This document shows, piece after piece, positions 35,958 through 46,083 of a stretch of DNA of 64,000 bases. Made by a program: the position numbers and the translations under genes. The DNA comes from an uncultured Bdellovibrionales bacterium (GTDB lineage: Bacteria > Patescibacteriota > Minisyncoccia > Moranbacterales > UBA2206). The notes under the pieces were generated by a model. That model made no database searches, was not told the DNA's origin, and saw only the letters and a list, made by a program, of their open reading frames with translations. Each line of letters starts with the position of its first letter. Position 1 is the stretch's first letter. The stretch covers positions 5,303 to 69,302 of the forward strand of contig CAYLWX010000004.1 in assembly GCA_964387895.1 (NCBI GenBank), read 5' to 3'.

Positions 35958-38900
35958 TTACTTTTTCGCTTTTTTAACCTCCCTCCTATTTCTTCTGGCT
36001 TCATTTCTTTTCTCTTTTCTTTGTTGCACTAGTTCCTTGTACCCACTCAATCCCTGGCGCAAACAGAAGATAAATTCAGGGAAGCTCATTTCAGCCGCTT
36101 CCTTGTCTCCCTTTTCAACCGCAAGCTTCTTGAACCTATTGTGCGCTTTTACTATCTTGTTTCTTTCCGAATTACTCACTTGACCGTTTGCTTGTTCTTT
36201 CTCTTTTAATTCTTCCATCTTATTAAGCATTGTCCTAAAAGACCGGTCGCCTAAAATTCTTTCAAGATTTTCAGAATCAAGAAAAAGAGACTTATGGTTC
36301 TCGAATATTGTATTCGCCTGCATTCCGCTCATTGAGAATTCTCCTGATCTATCAGGATTATTTATTTTTTTTGGCTCATCATTTTCTTTTTCTAGGTTTA
36401 TTTCTTGAGCAGGAAGCTCGTTCTTTTTTCTCCTTATACTTTCTCTGATCCTCCCGATTCTTCCCTTAATTTTCCCCTGTTTCTCTTCATTGGCTTTCTC
36501 TTTTTCTTCTCCTGGCGTCATTCTTTCACCCTCTCTATTTATAGAAATCAATTCTCCCGGAGGTGTTTCCTCTGATTCTCTTTTTCTTCGATCATTTTTT
36601 CCTAAAGGATATTCCAAGGGCCACCTGGATGCTCCGCTAAAAGCAGCCGCCACAGGAGTATTGTCATATTCCTTCAGTTTTTTATTGGTGGTGAATGACC
36701 ATGTGTCTGTTTTCCCCTCTGAAACCACTGCCGTATCCATTTCCGGCTTCCCTCCCAGAGTCGCCGCGATTTGCCGCATCACTCGGGCATCGCCTCTTGT
36801 TTCATCTGTCACCAATACTAATTGATGCAAACCAGGATGATTTCCCGGTCCTTGCAGCAAATTTCCCTGGGAATCAAATCCAAAAAATATTTTGGCTATC
36901 TCTTTTGGCACCCTCACTTTTCCATCCGCACCCATGGGAAGCATTATAGGCTTAAATTGAGTGCCATCTCCGCCGTTAATTTCATTGTCAAGCGCTAAAT
37001 TAAGATAAATATTTTCTCCTCTTCCAAGAAGATCCTGCAAATCCACGCCTGATTCATCCATTGACTTTTTTAACATCTTTCCAAACATCTTCGAAGCGTC
37101 GACAATCACTTCTCCCTTGTTATCTCCAGGTTTATACTCCATCATCAACTCAGTAAGATTAGCATTGAGCTGTTTGTTATGGATAAGGTTTTGAAAAAAT
37201 TCAGGAATAGCTCTTATACCTTTTTTAGGAGCTGTTCCCTGGTAAAATGGATCGCCGTATACTACTTTTTGTCCAGTGTAGTTTGGATCCAGTGTTTTCG
37301 CGAAATCATCCCAATTATTGAACCGCTGGACATGGCTTGTATCCGGAATCTCATGGACTAATTGACCCCCATCCAGCCTCCATCCCTCAGGCAAATGCTG
37401 CCGGGTTTTTACATAATCCAATGATCCTTCATTATTTACAAACAGCTTAAACTGCTCGTTCTCGGGAGTGAAAAACGTATGCGTTCCGGGACTCAGTTTT
37501 TTCCCTCCAAAGACAAACTCTGAAACAGTGGCTTCTGATTTTAAGTTTCCAGTTCCCCAATATTCCCTCCACTTGTCTGCTATAGAATCCCATGCCGTAT
37601 ACGAGCCTCCCCATTCCAGTCCCTCTCGAATCCGATTCACTGCCCATTGTCCCGTGACAGCTCCCGCGCACCCGCCGACCAGCGCCAGTCCTCCCACCGC
37701 CAGCGCGCTCTTTCTCTGGTGGCTTTCAAACTTTTTGTCAACTTTGTTTATATGATTTTCTACCTCCAAATACCTGCTATCAAAAAGAGTTTTAAATTCA
37801 GCATTAGAGGAAAGGCGATGATCATCTCCTTCCAAAAGATTGTTATCATGAAGATACCGGTAAAGCGCGATTTTCAAATCGGTTTTCGACATCAGCGTGG
37901 TTTGATATTTTTCCCCTTCCTCCTCTTCTACTTTAATGAGATCAACTGTTTTATTTTCTCCGCCTGAAATACGGTATTGTTTGTCTCGATGCAGTTCTTC
38001 TTTGAAGAGCGCCAGCATATTCGCCAATCGTTCTTTTTGTTTTTGTGTCAAGCTGTCGTACGCTCCAGCCGCCCTGATTTCTTCTAATTCTGCCTGCAAC
38101 TCGGCAGTAGTTTTCATGACATCGCCATACTCGTATTGATCCATATTCGTTCTCCGAAAGTTGTCAAACTTCTTGCCTAAAAGTTTTTCCCTCTGGTGCA
38201 TCGCCCGGTCTTTTTTTACTTCCACACTCCTCCTTCTCCACGCGTACAGTCCCGCCATCGCTCCCGCGGAAATGACTGGAATCCACGCGCCTGAAGCCAG
38301 CCCTAACCCGCCTATTGCCGCCGCGGTGGTTGCCCTGCCTGCCAATTTCACCCCTACATTTCCAATCAATCCTCCCGCAAAAGCCCAACTTCCCGGGTTA
38401 GAAGCAATTCTTCCTAAAATGGGAAATCTCTGCATTGCCGCTATCCAGCCTTCTGTACGTCTAAACGCATCTGCCGCCGGACGTTTGTTGTGAATGTCTG
38501 ATAATTTAGCGCCTAAACTGATATCCAGATTAATCATTGATCTGACATGCTCCTTTAAAAGTGTCTTTTGTTCGGGAGTAAGATTATTCTCCGCCCCCAT
38601 TTCTCTCAGCTTGGCATCTATGTGAACCTTATAATCCTCCGCGATTTGAAAAAGATTTGTCGCGTACATGAGACCCTGATCCACTTCCTGTGTCTTGCGG
38701 CCGCTTGTTCTTAAAAAGTCAGCATTTTTGATGAGTCCCTGTTCTTTTAACTCATTAATCATATTCCGCTGTTCCGTTTCAAATCGCTTCCTGTCCCATC
38801 CATTGATATAGTACCGGCTAAGCAGGTCCTGGAAAGCGGCATTTACCCGCGGATCGCTTATTTCATTCCCCCGTTCTTCCTGCTCTATTGCGTTATTTTG

Positions 38901-39770
38901 ATATTCTTTAATTACTCTTTCCAGAATTTCATAATTTAATTCCCGTTTTCTATCCGGATCATTGGTATGAGCCGGCTTTTTTATTCTGTATCCGGCTTGC
39001 AATTCCAGAAGCAAGTTTTGATTACTTTCAATTTCCTGGATGGCTTCTCGGTAAAATTTATAAAGATACGCGTCTTCCGCGGCGCGCAGCCATGTTCTCT
39101 TTCCTGTTGTCACGGGATGACGGAAAAATCCCCATATATTATTCAGCACCGACTTAATACGACCCCCCGAAGCCATGCCTTCTTCTGAAGCATAAAGTAA
39201 TTCCCGTATTTTCTGTTCCGCCTTTTGAAACGCGTAACTCTTTACGATTTCATCCACGGAAATCACTTTAAGATCGATATTCCTTTCTGGATCATCCACA
39301 GCCAAGTGAAGACCATCGCGGTCGCCCTGTCCTGCTTTAGTTCCTAATTCCGTTCTCTTTTTTCGCTCTTCCTCTTCAAGCGCTCTTGCTTGTTCTTCAG
39401 TCAATGGCGGAGGCGCCGGAACTGGTGCATGCTCAACTTCTGCCGCTCTTCTTTCTTCCTCCGCAATATCTACCACCATTTCAGGAATAACTTTTTCAGG
39501 TTCCTTCCTTACTTCGAGCGGCTTTGGTTGTTCATCTGGAGGCGATTCAATAGAATCCGGAGGAGCTGGAGAAATCGGAGGAGTAGCGGGCTCTTCTTCT
39601 ATTGCTTCATGATTATTTGACGTGTCAACTACTACAAGTTTTAACCCTGGCGGCCGGTCTGCCGTTTTTAATAAAGCGCCTTTTTTCTTTTCCTCTATCT
39701 TTTTTTTGAATTCTTCCCGCTGAGTTTGTCTTAATCTTTCGCCAATTTGATGAGGGCTTTCACGTTCCAT
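35958..39770 (-). CDS. Giant hypothetical protein (1270 aa) with Pro/Glu-rich N-terminus, two Gly-zipper TM segments and a Lys/Glu/Arg-rich C-terminus
   Basis: Long uninterrupted ORF at genome-typical GC. Predicted TM segments are ...GGLIGNVGVKLAGRATTAAAIGGLGLASGAWIPVISAGAMAGLY... and ...ALAVGGLALVGGCAGAVTG.... No catalytic motif recognised. Confidence 0.5.
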   Translation of the reverse strand: MERESPHQIGERLRQTQREEFKKKIEEKKKGALLKTADRPPGLKLVVVDTSNNHEAIEEEPATPPISPAPPDSIESPPDEQPKPLEVRKEPEKVIPEMVVDIAEEERRAAEVEHAPVPAPPPLTEEQARALEEEERKKRTELGTKAGQGDRDGLHLAVDDPERNIDLKVISVDEIVKSYAFQKAEQKIRELLYASEEGMASGGRIKSVLNNIWGFFRHPVTTGKRTWLRAAEDAYLYKFYREAIQEIESNQNLLLELQAGYRIKKPAHTNDPDRKRELNYEILERVIKEYQNNAIEQEERGNEISDPRVNAAFQDLLSRYYINGWDRKRFETEQRNMINELKEQGLIKNADFLRTSGRKTQEVDQGLMYATNLFQIAEDYKVHIDAKLREMGAENNLTPEQKTLLKEHVRSMINLDISLGAKLSDIHNKRPAADAFRRTEGWIAAMQRFPILGRIASNPGSWAFAGGLIGNVGVKLAGRATTAAAIGGLGLASGAWIPVISAGAMAGLYAWRRRSVEVKKDRAMHQREKLLGKKFDNFRRTNMDQYEYGDVMKTTAELQAELEEIRAAGAYDSLTQKQKERLANMLALFKEELHRDKQYRISGGENKTVDLIKVEEEEGEKYQTTLMSKTDLKIALYRYLHDNNLLEGDDHRLSSNAEFKTLFDSRYLEVENHINKVDKKFESHQRKSALAVGGLALVGGCAGAVTGQWAVNRIREGLEWGGSYTAWDSIADKWREYWGTGNLKSEATVSEFVFGGKKLSPGTHTFFTPENEQFKLFVNNEGSLDYVKTRQHLPEGWRLDGGQLVHEIPDTSHVQRFNNWDDFAKTLDPNYTGQKVVYGDPFYQGTAPKKGIRAIPEFFQNLIHNKQLNANLTELMMEYKPGDNKGEVIVDASKMFGKMLKKSMDESGVDLQDLLGRGENIYLNLALDNEINGGDGTQFKPIMLPMGADGKVRVPKEIAKIFFGFDSQGNLLQGPGNHPGLHQLVLVTDETRGDARVMRQIAATLGGKPEMDTAVVSEGKTDTWSFTTNKKLKEYDNTPVAAAFSGASRWPLEYPLGKNDRRKRESEETPPGELISINREGERMTPGEEKEKANEEKQGKIKGRIGRIRESIRRKKNELPAQEINLEKENDEPKKINNPDRSGEFSMSGMQANTIFENHKSLFLDSENLERILGDRSFRTMLNKMEELKEKEQANGQVSNSERNKIVKAHNRFKKLAVEKGDKEAAEMSFPEFIFCLRQGLSGYKELVQQRKEKRNEARRNRREVKKAKK

Positions 39771-39783
39771 ATTTTTAATTAAG

Positions 39784-42132
39784 TTATGATTTTAATAATT
39801 CCTGGATATATTTTTCCCGAATCTTCGGATGAATTTCCATCCCCGTATCTTCAATTAATTGCCGAATGAATATCTTCAACTCCACTAAAACCAGCTTTTC
39901 TCTGCTCCTGTCATTCATGTAACGCTGCCAGGTTTCCGTGCGTTCGACTTCTTTCATGAAAGTTGTTCTGAACTTTTCAAAATCTCTTCGAATAATGCCG
40001 TCCCACTCCCGAAGAGTATCCCGCGATTCTTTTTCTTCTTCTTTTGTGGGTTTTTTTTCTCTTCCGAGATTTTTTAAATACTCCCTATATTCAAGAATAA
40101 GTTCTCCCGCTTCCTTATTCTTTTCAAAAGCCGCGTTAATTATTTCAGCAGGAGTTTTAGATAAATATTCTTTTCGTTCCACTCCGGGCCTCGATTCTTC
40201 AAGGTCGGAAAGTATTTCCATTAAAAATATTCCCGACTCCACTCTAAGCAAATCAATTCTGTCTTCCAAATCCATATGTTTCTGCCACTCTTCGGTCTCG
40301 TTGCATTCTCTCAAAAATTGAACAATAAAAGTATTTATTTGTTCCCGCGCCTCGTCATCCATGTTTTCCGTCCTCATCTCTTTCTCCTCCGGATTATTTT
40401 CTGAATCCGGACGATTCTGAGAAATAAAATCATTTGCCTCGGATTCTTCCATATCTATAGCGGAAAGAAAGCTCCTCGCGTCATCTTCCGGAAGAGTATT
40501 ATCTTGAAGCGCACCGGCAATACGCGCTTTAGCTTGTTCCGAAGTTGCCGCGGTTTCTATGCTCATTAACGCATCCTGCTTTCTTCTGTATTCTTCGGCA
40601 GTAAGTCTTGACGTAAGCGCGTTGGCGTGCAAGACGGTTTCACAGGAAGCAACCCTGCTTTTTAATTGACTTAATTGCCTCCTCTCTCTTTGCGCCTCAG
40701 TTTCTGTTTTACCAATCCTCTCCGGATCTATTACTTTCCCTATTTCTTTTTCCGCCAGAACTTTTTCCGCCTCTTGCAAATGCACTCTCCAAAACTGAAG
40801 ACATACTTCCCTTGCTTCTCTGCTAAATTTCAGAGCTTCATCTGGATCCAGGCTTTGTAGCTCCATATACGCTCTGGAAACCCGTTCCGGCATATTCCAT
40901 TCATCACCATAGTTATCAAGATTAACTAATTCATTTTCAAGTTCCTCAATTTTTTTATGAAATTTATCTTGTGGTCCCGTGTCGTATAGTTTATCATAAA
41001 AAGCATGGATGCCATCGGCGGCTTCCAGTCCTTTGCGATAATATTCAATAACCGCGCGCGCGTTTTTACGCGCTTCTTCCAGCTTTTGTCTTAATCCTTC
41101 AGGCATTAAATTTAAGACGGCCATGGAATCTTCTTGCTCTCCTGGCTTGCTTTTTATTCCCCTAAAAAAATCCTCAAGTTCTGAAAGAAGCATGTCTCTT
41201 TCTCTCGCAATTTCTTCATTCGCGACAGCTATTTCTGAACGCAATTTTTCTTTTCCATCTAAAAACAAATTGGAATGATCGTATTCATCTAATTTTATAA
41301 TTTCCCTGTCTTCGCCCGAGATCCCCTCTTGCAATTCTCTAAGCGATTTAACTTCCTGAGCGCTTACATTTTCTATATCAAGTGAAGCAACATACTTTGT
41401 CTTATTTCTAAAAGTTCCTACTAAATTACTTTTTCTCTCGTTAACTTCCCGCGAAATCCTTATTTGGTCTCCAGCCGCGGTATTGGACTGCTCCTCTATT
41501 TCGCGTCTCCTTCTTCCTTTTTCTTTTCCCTTCAGTTTCGGAAATTTTGAACCTTTTTCCCTTAATTCCTCCCAATCCGGTAATTCGGTCCAATGTCCAT
41601 ATCTTTTTCCTTCTGGATCATGCGCTTCTTCACCTTCTTCTCCCTTATTCCTTTTCCTTTCCGAGTAATTTTTTATCATTTCTTCCCACTCATGAATAGG
41701 AAGTATTTTATAATTACCCCTTCTCTTGATAAATCTGCCCTTTCCCTTTCCTTCACCCAAAAAGCCTTTAAAGGGAAACTTTCTTTCTTCAAGCGCCCAG
41801 CTTATATCCGGATCACTTTTACTCGACTCCTCCCATAATGCGCGCAACTCTTTCCATCTCTCCTCGCTCTCGACAAGTTCGTATGTATCCTTGTCTCTTC
41901 GTTCAAATGGTTCCGTGGACGCGCCATGGTATATTTTCAGTTTGCCGAATTCATAGTACCTCGGGGAGCCGCCCCATGTATATATCCAATTTCCTTTTGA
42001 ATCGTAAACAATCCTGTTGAAATATTCCTCGTTATCTTTCTTGAATTTACTCCATTCAACTCCCTCCCAACAAATTTCTTTATCCTTTTCGGATTTTTTT
42101 TCAGTTGAATTTAGTTGCTGGCCTTCCGCCAT
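39784..42132 (-). CDS. Large hypothetical protein (782 aa), highly charged and coiled-coil-rich
   Basis: Uninterrupted ORF rich in Glu, Lys and Arg, with no TM segment and no recognisable enzymatic motif. First gene of the operon, 13 nt upstream of the giant gene. Confidence 0.5.
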   Translation of the reverse strand: MAEGQQLNSTEKKSEKDKEICWEGVEWSKFKKDNEEYFNRIVYDSKGNWIYTWGGSPRYYEFGKLKIYHGASTEPFERRDKDTYELVESEERWKELRALWEESSKSDPDISWALEERKFPFKGFLGEGKGKGRFIKRRGNYKILPIHEWEEMIKNYSERKRNKGEEGEEAHDPEGKRYGHWTELPDWEELREKGSKFPKLKGKEKGRRRREIEEQSNTAAGDQIRISREVNERKSNLVGTFRNKTKYVASLDIENVSAQEVKSLRELQEGISGEDREIIKLDEYDHSNLFLDGKEKLRSEIAVANEEIARERDMLLSELEDFFRGIKSKPGEQEDSMAVLNLMPEGLRQKLEEARKNARAVIEYYRKGLEAADGIHAFYDKLYDTGPQDKFHKKIEELENELVNLDNYGDEWNMPERVSRAYMELQSLDPDEALKFSREAREVCLQFWRVHLQEAEKVLAEKEIGKVIDPERIGKTETEAQRERRQLSQLKSRVASCETVLHANALTSRLTAEEYRRKQDALMSIETAATSEQAKARIAGALQDNTLPEDDARSFLSAIDMEESEANDFISQNRPDSENNPEEKEMRTENMDDEAREQINTFIVQFLRECNETEEWQKHMDLEDRIDLLRVESGIFLMEILSDLEESRPGVERKEYLSKTPAEIINAAFEKNKEAGELILEYREYLKNLGREKKPTKEEEKESRDTLREWDGIIRRDFEKFRTTFMKEVERTETWQRYMNDRSREKLVLVELKIFIRQLIEDTGMEIHPKIREKYIQELLKS

Positions 42133-42232
42133 AAAACATACTCCCGTGAGAAGAACATATTTTCTACATGAAAAAACACGAGATCATAAATATAATGTGG
42201 TTAAAGTATACAATAAATAGAAGCCGGTGTAA

Positions 42233-42244
42233 CTGTGGATAACT
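42233..42244. promoter_or_regulatory. 12-mer CTGTGGATAACT containing a perfect DnaA-box (TGTGGATAA) in the divergent promoter region
   Basis: Exact 12-mer shared with the lexA upstream region (61618-61629). A one-mismatch DnaA-like box TGTGGTTAA lies nearby at 42196-42204. Confidence 0.3.
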
Positions 42245-42304
42245 ATATTCTGTGATATAATAAAAATAAATTATGACCAAATAATTTCATGAAACAAAAA
42301 TAAA

Positions 42305-43921
42305 ATGGAAATCATACCAACCCTGTCCGCGTATAACGCCGAACAAAGTACCGCGTCTTCTGACAACAGAAAAAATTATACCTGGATCCTTCTTATTCTT
42401 ATCATTGCGCTGGGATTTTTTCTTAGAATCTATAATATCGACCACACTCCTCCCGGCGTATACCCGGATGAAGCCGTCAATGGAGTTGACGCCGTGACTG
42501 CCAATGATACTGGAAATTATGAATGGTTTTATCCTGCCAATCAGGGACGCGAGGCGCTCTTTATCAACTTAATCGCGTTTCTTTTCAAGGCGTTCGGGAT
42601 CAGCGTGCTCATGCTGAAACTGCCTGCCATTATCTTTGGAACCCTGACCATTCTGGGAACTTTTTTGCTGGCCAAAGAACTCTACAATTCCAGAGTAGGG
42701 CTTATCAGTTCTTTTTTGGTAGCTGTTTCTTTTTGGCCCATAAACTTCAACCGCATATCTTTCCGCGCCAATATGCTCCCCTTTGTGCTGGTCTTTACTT
42801 TTTACTTTCTTTTCAGAGGCCTGCGCGAAAAAAAGATTGTCTATTATGCCATAGGCGGATTTATATTCGGATTAGGACTTCACACTTACATTGCGTTCCG
42901 TATCGCGCCTCTTATTCTAATCGCTCTCCTTGTTTCTCTTATTCTTTCCAGAGAACATTTTCTCAAAAACCATTGGAAACCTATGGCAGTATTCATAGCA
43001 TCTTCTTTTATCGCGGCTGCTCCCATGTTTTATACCTTTCTTTATGCCCATCCTGAATATCTTGAATCAAGATCTTCTTCCATATCCATTCTTTCTCCGG
43101 CAATAAATCAAGGGCATCTCCTACAAACATTTCTGCGGAGTTTCAGCCTAAGCCTCGTGAAATATAATTTCTGGGGAGATCAAAACTGGCGCCATAACTA
43201 TCCTCCATATCCTATTCTCGACACTCTCACCGGCATCGCGTTTCTTTTTGGATTTATCTGCTGTCTGGTACATTTTATTCGTACGCTGACAGAAAGACTA
43301 TTTAAGAAAATTCGAAATCCCGGAATGGACGTTTCCTTATTTCTTCTTACGTGGTTTTTTGTTATGCTTGTTCCTGAATTCATGACCGCCGAAGGATTAC
43401 CCCACGCGCTTCGGGCTATCGGTACTTTTCCGGTAGTATTTATTTTTTCCGGTGTTACTTTTGATTATTTTTGGAAAAAATCAGAAGGTCAGAGTTTTCT
43501 ATTCGGGAAAATCATCAGCTCCATTATCATTCTCATGCTCATTTCCATAGGAATATTCAACAGCGTTAAATATCATTATTTCTGGGCCGGAAAAATTGAA
43601 ACCGCGCGTTCGTTCGAAAAAACAATGATGGATGTCTCCCGCTACATTACTAATCTACCGTCCGACAAGGAAGTATTCCTCCTGGCCGGAAACATGCAAA
43701 GAGTTCCTGTAAGGCTTTTCACCTGGACCCGGCCCGGATTTCAGGATCTCCATCCCGCGGAATTATACAAGGTAGTTCCTAAAAATCCCAATAATTTTAC
43801 AGTGGTATTCACGGACATGGAGAAAGAAAATATTATCCTGAACCTGCAAGCCAAATTTCCCCAGCTCGAGCTAAAAGAATTTCAGGATGAGTTGGGACTA
43901 AAGTTTTATGTTTTGCAGTAA
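42305..43921 (+). CDS. GT-C membrane glycosyltransferase, GT39/GT83 (PMT/ArnT-like)
   Basis: 538 aa. The first extracytoplasmic loop carries the YPDE motif (IYNIDHTPPGVYPDEAVNG), followed by about 11 TM helices. This fits the ArnT/PMT superfamily. Confidence 0.65.
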   Translation: MEIIPTLSAYNAEQSTASSDNRKNYTWILLILIIALGFFLRIYNIDHTPPGVYPDEAVNGVDAVTANDTGNYEWFYPANQGREALFINLIAFLFKAFGISVLMLKLPAIIFGTLTILGTFLLAKELYNSRVGLISSFLVAVSFWPINFNRISFRANMLPFVLVFTFYFLFRGLREKKIVYYAIGGFIFGLGLHTYIAFRIAPLILIALLVSLILSREHFLKNHWKPMAVFIASSFIAAAPMFYTFLYAHPEYLESRSSSISILSPAINQGHLLQTFLRSFSLSLVKYNFWGDQNWRHNYPPYPILDTLTGIAFLFGFICCLVHFIRTLTERLFKKIRNPGMDVSLFLLTWFFVMLVPEFMTAEGLPHALRAIGTFPVVFIFSGVTFDYFWKKSEGQSFLFGKIISSIIILMLISIGIFNSVKYHYFWAGKIETARSFEKTMMDVSRYITNLPSDKEVFLLAGNMQRVPVRLFTWTRPGFQDLHPAELYKVVPKNPNNFTVVFTDMEKENIILNLQAKFPQLELKEFQDELGLKFYVLQ

Positions 43922-43933
43922 AAAATGATTAAT

Positions 43934-44085
43934 CCCCTTCTCCCCATAAATGGGGAGAAGGTGGCCGTAGGCCGGATGAGGGGTCGATACAAAGCAAGGA
44001 AGGCTATACAACTAAACTTATCTCGCTATCTACGACCCCTCACCCTACCCTCTCCCCATCCGCGGCGGATGGGGAGAGGGGGAAA
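43934..44085. repeat. ~150-bp intergenic repeat with nested hairpins (copy 1)
   Basis: CCCCTTCTCCCCATAAATGGGGAGAAGG hairpin, then GTGGCCGTAGGCCGGATGAGGGGTCGATACAAAGCA..., then CCCTCACCCTACCCTCTCCCCATCCGCGGCGGATGGGGAGAGGG hairpin. About 90% identical to the copy at 49432-49585. Confidence 0.7.
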
Positions 44086-44114
44086 AGTAAATATTTAGTA
44101 ATTCAAAGTAATTT

Positions 44115-46055
44115 ATGAACTTAAAACCATTCCTGGAAAAAAATTATAAGATACTGGTTGGCATTATCCTGCTTTATATGGGGGTAGTCTCTCTCCTGAA
44201 CGCAAAAAACGACAGTGCTATCTTTGATGAAACTGCTCATATACCCGCCGCTTACAGTTACGTAAGCCAGCAGGATATGCGACTAAACCCGGAACATCCT
44301 CCCCTTATCAAAGACCTGTCCGCGTTGCCGCTTTTGTTTATGCGGCTTAATTTTGATACTACCCAAAGTTTTTGGACTAAAGACATAAATGGACAATGGG
44401 ACGCGGGAAGAATCTTTATGTTCAAATCCGGCAACGACGCGGACAAGATAATTTTCTGGTCGCGCGTTCCCATCGTTATCCTCTCTCTTTTGTTTGGTCT
44501 TTTTATCTTTAAATGGGCAAAAGAGCTGGCAGGACTAGTCGCGGGCCTTATCGCGTTAACGCTTTACGCGTTTGATCCCAATATTCTGGGCCACAACCAT
44601 TTTGTTACCACCGATCTGGGAATCGCCGGATTTATCATGACCGCGTTTTATTATTTCCTGAAATTCATAAAAGAACCGACTTGGAAAAATGTGTGGCGGG
44701 CGGGATTTTTCATGGGATTAGTACAACTCGCCAAATTCTCCTCCGTACTTATGTTTCCAGTTATCGGTTTTGTTTTAGTGGTATATCCTCTGGTAAAAAT
44801 AAACCGAAAAAAAGTTGATCCCCATTGGATATTCAAAACAAAAAAACTGGCGGAATATATCGCTAAAGGAGCACTCATGTTTGCCTTTTCCATGGTAGTA
44901 GTCTGGGGGGTGTACTATATCAATACCTTTAACATGCCGCGGGAAAAGCTGGCGGAGACTATAAACTATTATTTCAATCCTTCTGACACTTCTAACATAA
45001 AAAATATATATACCAACAAAGCGCTTCTCGCGCTTAATGAGAAAGAAGCGCTTCGTCCTCTTTCGGAATATTTTCTGGGAGTCGCCATGGTATTCAAGCG
45101 CGTAGCCGGAGGAAATGGCGCCTACTTCATGGGACAAGTTTCCAGCAAGGCGTTTCCGGCTTACTTTCCAGTAGTGTTCCTAATTAAAGAATCCCTGCCT
45201 ATTTTGTTTTTCATGCTGTTCGCCTTCGCGTTTGCCCTCACGAAAGCAGGCCGGACTATTATAATTTCCGCGCGTACTTCTTTCAAAAAAACTTTCCACG
45301 CCCTCACCCACTATCTACGCGCCAGCGTTACGGAAGTAACCCTTTCCGCTTTTATTGTTCTTTACGCGTATATCAGCATTACAGGGAACTTAAATATAGG
45401 ATTCCGACATCTTTTCCCTGTGTTGCCGCTTGCGTATATTCTCACCGCAAAAAATATAAGTGAATTTCTCAAAAAAAGAAAAGATAAGCAATTTAAAATT
45501 GTATTTTCCACAATTACCTGCATCTTCATTGCCTATTTGATAATCGAGTCTTTCATTGTGTATCCTGCCTACATGTCATATTTCAACTCTCTTGCTGGCG
45601 GACCAACGAAAGGATACCGTTACGTAACCGATTCAAACGCGGATTGGGGACAAGACCTGAAACGCCTGCGCGCCTGGGTTGCTCAATACAACTCATGCAA
45701 GAAAACCAGATGCGATGTCACACTTGGAGCGGGATGTCCTTCTTACTGCAGAGCAACGCCTTCCACTCTCCACACTACCCCGCCTATCGATCGAATTCGC
45801 ATTGATTATTTTGGCGGCGCGGAGATAGGATATTATTTTGATGATGTATACCAAAAATGGTGGGACAGTAAAAGACCCATAGAAGCAGGATGGTACGCGA
45901 TCTCCACCAACTTCCTCCAGGGAAGCCTGTATGACAAAACCAAAAAAGACGGGGACAGCTACCGATGGATACTCAATTTCAAACCGGTACATCAAGTGGG
46001 AACTTCGATATTAATTTATTATATTTCTGAAGAAGATTTGAAGAAGATTCAATAA
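44115..46055 (+). CDS. GT-C membrane glycosyltransferase, GT39-like (PMT_2 family)
   Basis: 646 aa. FDETAH acidic motif in the first loop, many TM helices, and a C-terminal soluble region with several Cys. Confidence 0.6.
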   Translation: MNLKPFLEKNYKILVGIILLYMGVVSLLNAKNDSAIFDETAHIPAAYSYVSQQDMRLNPEHPPLIKDLSALPLLFMRLNFDTTQSFWTKDINGQWDAGRIFMFKSGNDADKIIFWSRVPIVILSLLFGLFIFKWAKELAGLVAGLIALTLYAFDPNILGHNHFVTTDLGIAGFIMTAFYYFLKFIKEPTWKNVWRAGFFMGLVQLAKFSSVLMFPVIGFVLVVYPLVKINRKKVDPHWIFKTKKLAEYIAKGALMFAFSMVVVWGVYYINTFNMPREKLAETINYYFNPSDTSNIKNIYTNKALLALNEKEALRPLSEYFLGVAMVFKRVAGGNGAYFMGQVSSKAFPAYFPVVFLIKESLPILFFMLFAFAFALTKAGRTIIISARTSFKKTFHALTHYLRASVTEVTLSAFIVLYAYISITGNLNIGFRHLFPVLPLAYILTAKNISEFLKKRKDKQFKIVFSTITCIFIAYLIIESFIVYPAYMSYFNSLAGGPTKGYRYVTDSNADWGQDLKRLRAWVAQYNSCKKTRCDVTLGAGCPSYCRATPSTLHTTPPIDRIRIDYFGGAEIGYYFDDVYQKWWDSKRPIEAGWYAISTNFLQGSLYDKTKKDGDSYRWILNFKPVHQVGTSILIYYISEEDLKKIQ

Positions 46056-46083
46056 ATTTCCCCCTCACCCTACCAGACTCTTG

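Noticed and set aside
42523-43056. 177-aa plus-strand ORF inside the GT39-like gene
   Set aside because: Same strand but a different frame of a well-supported membrane glycosyltransferase. Arg/Ser/Cys-rich improbable composition.
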